DNA of 64,000 bases from an uncultured Phycisphaerales bacterium (GTDB lineage: Bacteria; Planctomycetota; Phycisphaerae; Sedimentisphaerales; Anaerobacaceae): assembly GCA_963718665.1 (NCBI GenBank), contig OY970359.1:1408001-1472000 (forward strand), given 5' to 3'. Positions 59,593 through 64,000 of the stretch are shown piece after piece. Made by a program: the position numbers and the translations under genes. Numbering within the stretch: position 1 is the stretch's first letter; every line of letters starts with the position of its first letter. The notes under the pieces were generated by a model that was not told where the DNA came from, did no database searches, and saw nothing but the letters and a program-made list of their open reading frames with translations.

Positions 59593-61118
59593 ATGCCAAG
59601 AGAAATGCTTATTAATGTAGCCGAGAGCGAAGAATGCCGCATAGCGGTTATGGAAAACGGCTCGCTTGAAGAACTATACGTGGAGCGGGCAAGCTCCACA
59701 AGATACGTGGGCAACATATACAAAGGCAGGGTCGTCAACGTCGAGTCGGCGATTCAGGCGGCCTTCGTGGATTTCGGAACCGGCAAAAATGGTTTCCTGC
59801 ACATCAGCGACCTGCACCCGCGATACTTCGCCGGCAAATCCGCCATCGACACCGAGGAAATCGGCAAACGACGGTCGCTCAACGAGCGCAAACCGATTCA
59901 GGCCTGCCTGCACAAGGGCGAAGAGGTAGTGGTGCAGGTTACAAAGGAAGGAATCAATACCAAGGGGCCGACGCTGAGCACCTATCTTGCGCTGCCCGGT
60001 AAATACTTAGTTATGATGCCCTGGATGGAAAAATCGGGCGTCTCCCACAAAATCGAGGACGAGCAGGAACGGATTCGACTGCGAACCCTCTTCGAGCAGA
60101 GCAATCCCCCGAAAGATATTGGCTTCATTATACGGACAGCCGCACAGGGAAGCTCAAAGCGGGACATACAAAACGATATGAAGTATCTGCGGCGACTCTG
60201 GGCCGCGATTGAAAAAAGAATTTCAGGCGCAAGACGCCGTCCGAATTGTATCAGGAATCAGACCTGGTCATCAGGACGTTGCGTGACATTTTCAATAACG
60301 ACATCAGCAGGATAATGTGCGATTCCGAAAGTATGGTTAAGCGGATTCGCGACTTCCTTTCGATAGCGTCGCCTCGTCTCAAACAGCGAGTGGTATATTA
60401 TGACGGCAAAGAGCCGTTGTTCCACAAATACAAAATTGAGCAGGAAATCGCCAAGGTCCACTCGCGGGTCGTGCCCCTCAAAACAGGCGGGTCGATTGTC
60501 ATCGAGCAGACCGAGGCGCTAGTCGCAATCGACGTAAACAGCGGAAAATTCCGCAAGCACACGGACGCTGAAGAAACCGCTTTCAAAACAAATATCGATG
60601 CGGCCGAGGAAATCGCAAGACAATTGCGTCTGCGAGACCTGGGCGGTCTCATTATCTGCGATTTCATCGATATGCGAAGCCCAAAGCATCGCAGGGAAGT
60701 GGAAAAGGTCTTCAGAATCGCAACTAGGCCTGACCGCGCAAGGTCCCGGGTTCTGCACATAAGCAGCTTCGGCCTCATCGAAATGACCCGGCAAAGGATG
60801 CGGCCTTCGCTGCAATCCAGCACGTATCTGGCCTGCCCGAACTGCGCCGGCAGCGGCTATGTCAAAAGCCACGAATCCTGCGCAATTGAACTTATCCGGC
60901 TGCTTCACCTGGCTTCCTCAAAAGAAACGGTCAAAAAAGTTGAGTTGTTTGTCTCAAACGAAGTGGCGGATTATCTCCAGAACGAAAAAAGAGCGGCGAT
61001 TGCACATATTGAACAGACCAGCAACAAGCGGGTGATTATTCATTCGTCGCCCCAATATGCCGGTGAACGCTCTGAAATTGTCTGTTATAACGACAGGGGC
61101 AGTGTGATCAAACTATAG
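59593..61118 (+). CDS. rng: Ribonuclease G/E family; apparent 1-nt frameshift near 60226-60230
   Basis: VGNIYKGRV, AAFVDFG, VQVTKE, IDVNSG, EIARQLRLRDLGGLIICDFIDM, EMTRQR, CPNCAG. Adding one G gives SGRKTPSELYQESD. Confidence 0.9.
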
Positions 61119-61223
61119 CGCCGCCGCATACCCGGTACTGCGGTAAATCTTGACGGTGAGCGGTATTTCAGCGATACTGATAGCCCGGTTGGATATTTAA
61201 GGGCTTCTGGAGCATGGCATAAA

Positions 61224-62201
61224 ATGAAATTTGACCTTGATTACGCTCGGCAGGTAATAGACAGCGAGAGTAAGGCCATAAAAGGCCTCGCGGATATAAT
61301 CGGCCCGGACTTTGAACGGGCGGCGGAGATGATTTACGGCTGCTCCGGCTCTTGCATAGTCAGCGGAATCGGCAAGGCGGGCATCATAGGCCGAAAAATC
61401 AGCGCGACATTGGCATCGACCGGTACGCCGAGCCATTTCCTGCACCCCGCGGAAGCGGTGCACGGCGACCTCGGCCGGCTTAGAAAAGAAGATATAATTC
61501 TCGTCCTCAGCTACGGCGGCGAAACCGAGGAGGTTGTCCGCCTGATTAACCTTGTCAAACAGTCCCAGATTCCGCTCATTGCGATTACCGGCGAAAAGGA
61601 TTCCACCCTCGCCAAATACAGTGACGTAGTTCTCAGTATGGGCAAGCTCACCGAGGCCTGCCCGCTGGGAATCGCGCCGAGCGTCTCGACAACCTGTATG
61701 CTCGCGCTGGGAGATGCCCTTGCGTTAATGGTAATGAAAGCCAGAAACTTCAGCGTTGAGGATTTTGCGAGGTTTCATCCGGGCGGCTCGCTCGGCACAA
61801 AACTGATGACCGTTGAGCAATCGATGATGTTCAGGCCCGGCGAGAAACTCCCGATAGCGGCCGGTTCGGACACAATTGGAAAGATTCTTAAAAACACCAG
61901 CGACGTGAAACGACACGGCGCGATAATGGTTGTTGACAAACAGGGCAAGCTGGCCGGGATAATCACAGATGGCGACATACGCCGGCTGATGACAAAAGAC
62001 GGCCCCGGCGGTTTTGATATGAAGGCCTCCGATGTTATGACTAAAAACTGCAAAAGGGTTCGCCTCGATGCACTGGCGGCGGAAGCGACGGCGATTTTCC
62101 ACAAACACAGGATCGATGAGCTGCCCGTCGTGGACGCGGACGACAAGCCCGTGGGGCTTATCGATGTGCAGGACATTGTAACAATCAAAGTTGTCGGGTG
62201 A
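61224..62201 (+). CDS. kdsD: Arabinose-5-phosphate isomerase (SIS + CBS, KdsD/GutQ)
   Basis: GIGKAG.IG.KISATLASTGTPS.FLHPAEAVHGDLG, EACPLG.AP, FHPGGSLG, CBS pair. Confidence 0.93.
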   Translation: MKFDLDYARQVIDSESKAIKGLADIIGPDFERAAEMIYGCSGSCIVSGIGKAGIIGRKISATLASTGTPSHFLHPAEAVHGDLGRLRKEDIILVLSYGGETEEVVRLINLVKQSQIPLIAITGEKDSTLAKYSDVVLSMGKLTEACPLGIAPSVSTTCMLALGDALALMVMKARNFSVEDFARFHPGGSLGTKLMTVEQSMMFRPGEKLPIAAGSDTIGKILKNTSDVKRHGAIMVVDKQGKLAGIITDGDIRRLMTKDGPGGFDMKASDVMTKNCKRVRLDALAAEATAIFHKHRIDELPVVDADDKPVGLIDVQDIVTIKVVG

Positions 62202-62202
62202 G

Positions 62203-62316
62203 CCCCGTTAGAAAAAAATTGTAATACGGAACTTTATGATAAATCGCAGCTCTCTAACGGGGTTAGAAAAAATGGTAATACAGAAATTTCCAATAAATCG
62301 CAGATTTCTAACGGGG
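62203..62316. mobile_element. Miniature palindromic element, tandem copies 2 and 3
   Basis: CCCCGTTAGAAA...TCTCTAACGGGG (62203-62262) fused to GTTAGAAA...TTTCTAACGGGG (62262-62316), directly after the kdsD stop codon. Confidence 0.85.
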
Positions 62317-62360
62317 CAGGCCTGACAAAAAGATAATATTGAGAAAGAGCAAAAAATAAA

Positions 62361-64000
62361 ATGCTGCTGCATTCGAGAAGGTTCACAATCTGGCTCGTTT
62401 CATTCCTGGCGGTGCTGGTCGTCTATTTTATTTACAACCGCCTGAATAGGACCCCGACTATACCAACGGACATAACTACGACGCCGGCGGGGCAGCTCGC
62501 CAACGTGCGCGATTCAAATGTCAATATCGGAAAAGTCGGAGACGTCGGCGTCGGCATCATTAAAAACGCACGCTATATCACCCTTAACGCCCAAAAACAG
62601 GTCGAAAGAGAGTTCGGATTCAAAGAGCTCCTTCACCAGGACGGCAACAACTGGGAAATCGAAAAGCCATATATGAATATCTACCGCCGAAGCTTCAACT
62701 GCTCGCTTACGGGCGAGCGGGCAATAGTCGCGGTGGAAATGGCGGGCGGCCGGGTAACGCCCAAACAAGGTATGCTGATGGGCAACGTTATTATCCGGAT
62801 TTTACCCAAACAAAAAGATGCCGCCGGCGAAATGACTATTTATCTTGATGATATCTCTTTTTCCGCGGACAAATCGTTGTTTTCGACGGCAGGGCCAATC
62901 GAGCTTGTCTCGGAAAACATCCGGATGACCGGCACAGGCGTGGAAATTGTTTATAACGGCGACGACGAGCGCCTCGAACGGCTGCAAATAACAAAACTGC
63001 AGAGCTTGCGTATAAAAAAATGGTCCCAGGGAACGGTTTTGCGGTCAACGCCGGACGCCAACGCAAATAACCAAAAAGGCGAAAGCGAACAAGCATCCAA
63101 ACGCGGGAAATACTACCAATGCACGCTCGACAAAGATGTCAGGATTGAAACGCCGAATGAACGGCTGCTTGCTGACGCCCTTTTGATAAACGATATCTTC
63201 ATGCAGGACAGCTCGGATGAGCAGGCAGGACAGGGATCCTCACCCGATGAAAACTTTGCCCCGATTCCAGCCAGCAACAGACCACAGGCAGCCGTTTCGG
63301 AGGAATCGCCCAGCGATATCACAATCACCTGCGACGGCGGCATTATAGTTACCCCGATGGGTACATCAGCCGAGAAGAAATCGCCCAAACAGCAAACCAC
63401 TTATGCCGAAATTATCGCCCAGCAGGATGCCAACGCCTCTCCGGTCGGCAAAACCACCTTCAGGGGCGTAAACGTTACCTACAGCGCGATAACGGGCGAG
63501 GCAGTCGCAATCGGCCCTTCAAGCATTGCGTTTGACGTGAACGAAAAAACAGAGAACGGCGCAGGCAAACCGGGAACCGTCAGAATGACCTCCCGCCGAC
63601 AGGCCGTGTTCTCGCCCGCCTCAAACAAGAGCACATTCGAAGGCGATTGCCGCTGCACGGTCTTACAGGAGGAGGGTGCAATACTTCAACAGTATATAGT
63701 TCTGGCCGACAAGCTCGAAATCGACCTGGTTAAGAAAAATACAAACAATGACTCCGGACAGGCAATGGATGTCAATCGCATGATTGCTACCGGCCCGGGT
63801 GTGCACTTAGCCAGCACAAAAAAAACCGGCAACAAGCTGTTGACGGGTATGGAGCTTAAATGCGCCTCGGTTAATTACGATACAAACGACGGCAATTTCT
63901 TCGCGACAGGGCCGGGCCTGATAAAAGTGGATAATTCGCAGACCGATGAGCCGCAGGAAAATCTCGACAGGTTCAGCTTGCGGCGAAAAAGTTACGCCCT
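62361..64000 (+). CDS. Large membrane-anchored LptC/LptA(OstA)-like protein, runs off the window end
   Basis: ATG 62361, N-terminal TM (FTIWLVSFLAVLVVYFIY), beta-rich segments (WEIEKPYMNIY, GNVIIRI, FSTAGPIEL, MTGTGVEI); follows kdsD; absent from the ORF track, apparently because it has no stop inside the window. Confidence 0.65.
   Translation, partial: MLLHSRRFTIWLVSFLAVLVVYFIYNRLNRTPTIPTDITTTPAGQLANVRDSNVNIGKVGDVGVGIIKNARYITLNAQKQVEREFGFKELLHQDGNNWEIEKPYMNIYRRSFNCSLTGERAIVAVEMAGGRVTPKQGMLMGNVIIRILPKQKDAAGEMTIYLDDISFSADKSLFSTAGPIELVSENIRMTGTGVEIVYNGDDERLERLQITKLQSLRIKKWSQGTVLRSTPDANANNQKGESEQASKRGKYYQCTLDKDVRIETPNERLLADALLINDIFMQDSSDEQAGQGSSPDENFAPIPASNRPQAAVSEESPSDITITCDGGIIVTPMGTSAEKKSPKQQTTYAEIIAQQDANASPVGKTTFRGVNVTYSAITGEAVAIGPSSIAFDVNEKTENGAGKPGTVRMTSRRQAVFSPASNKSTFEGDCRCTVLQEEGAILQQYIVLADKLEIDLVKKNTNNDSGQAMDVNRMIATGPGVHLASTKKTGNKLLTGMELKCASVNYDTNDGNFFATGPGLIKVDNSQTDEPQENLDRFSLRRKSYA

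Overview
Bacterial chromosomal window, most likely from a planctomycete of the Phycisphaerae/Sedimentisphaerales type (inferred from gene content, not from a search). Housekeeping genes: split coaC/coaB, pyrE, purB, a TPP-riboswitch-controlled thiS-thiG-dapF-thiH operon, gcvTH-PA-PB, thiE, dapA, hisI, hpf-ptsN-ptsH-ptsI, RNase G/E, kdsD and an LptC-like gene. Accessory modules: a MarR-controlled radical-SAM cluster, a CsoR/Cus-type metal efflux locus with two TolC paralogues, BlaI/BlaR1, an IPTL-CTERM/exosortase H cassette, an HNH-AP2 gene and several AT-rich islets. Main observations: (1) an AT-rich, overlapping gene pair encoding a nucleoside-2-deoxyribosyltransferase-family protein and an HD-domain dNTP triphosphohydrolase, a candidate nucleotide-destroying defence or sanitation system; (2) all seven frameshifts I found sit at (G)GCGC, which suggests a methylation-linked sequencing artefact rather than pseudogenes; (3) a ~60-bp palindromic miniature element present in-frame inside a protein-coding gene and as a tandem pair downstream of kdsD; (4) a DnaA-box-bearing oriC candidate; (5) candidate structured RNAs and a recurring TAAN-N17-NTTA intergenic motif. 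I saw no CRISPR array, rRNA or intact tRNA. All family assignments come from motif recognition by eye; no database search was run.
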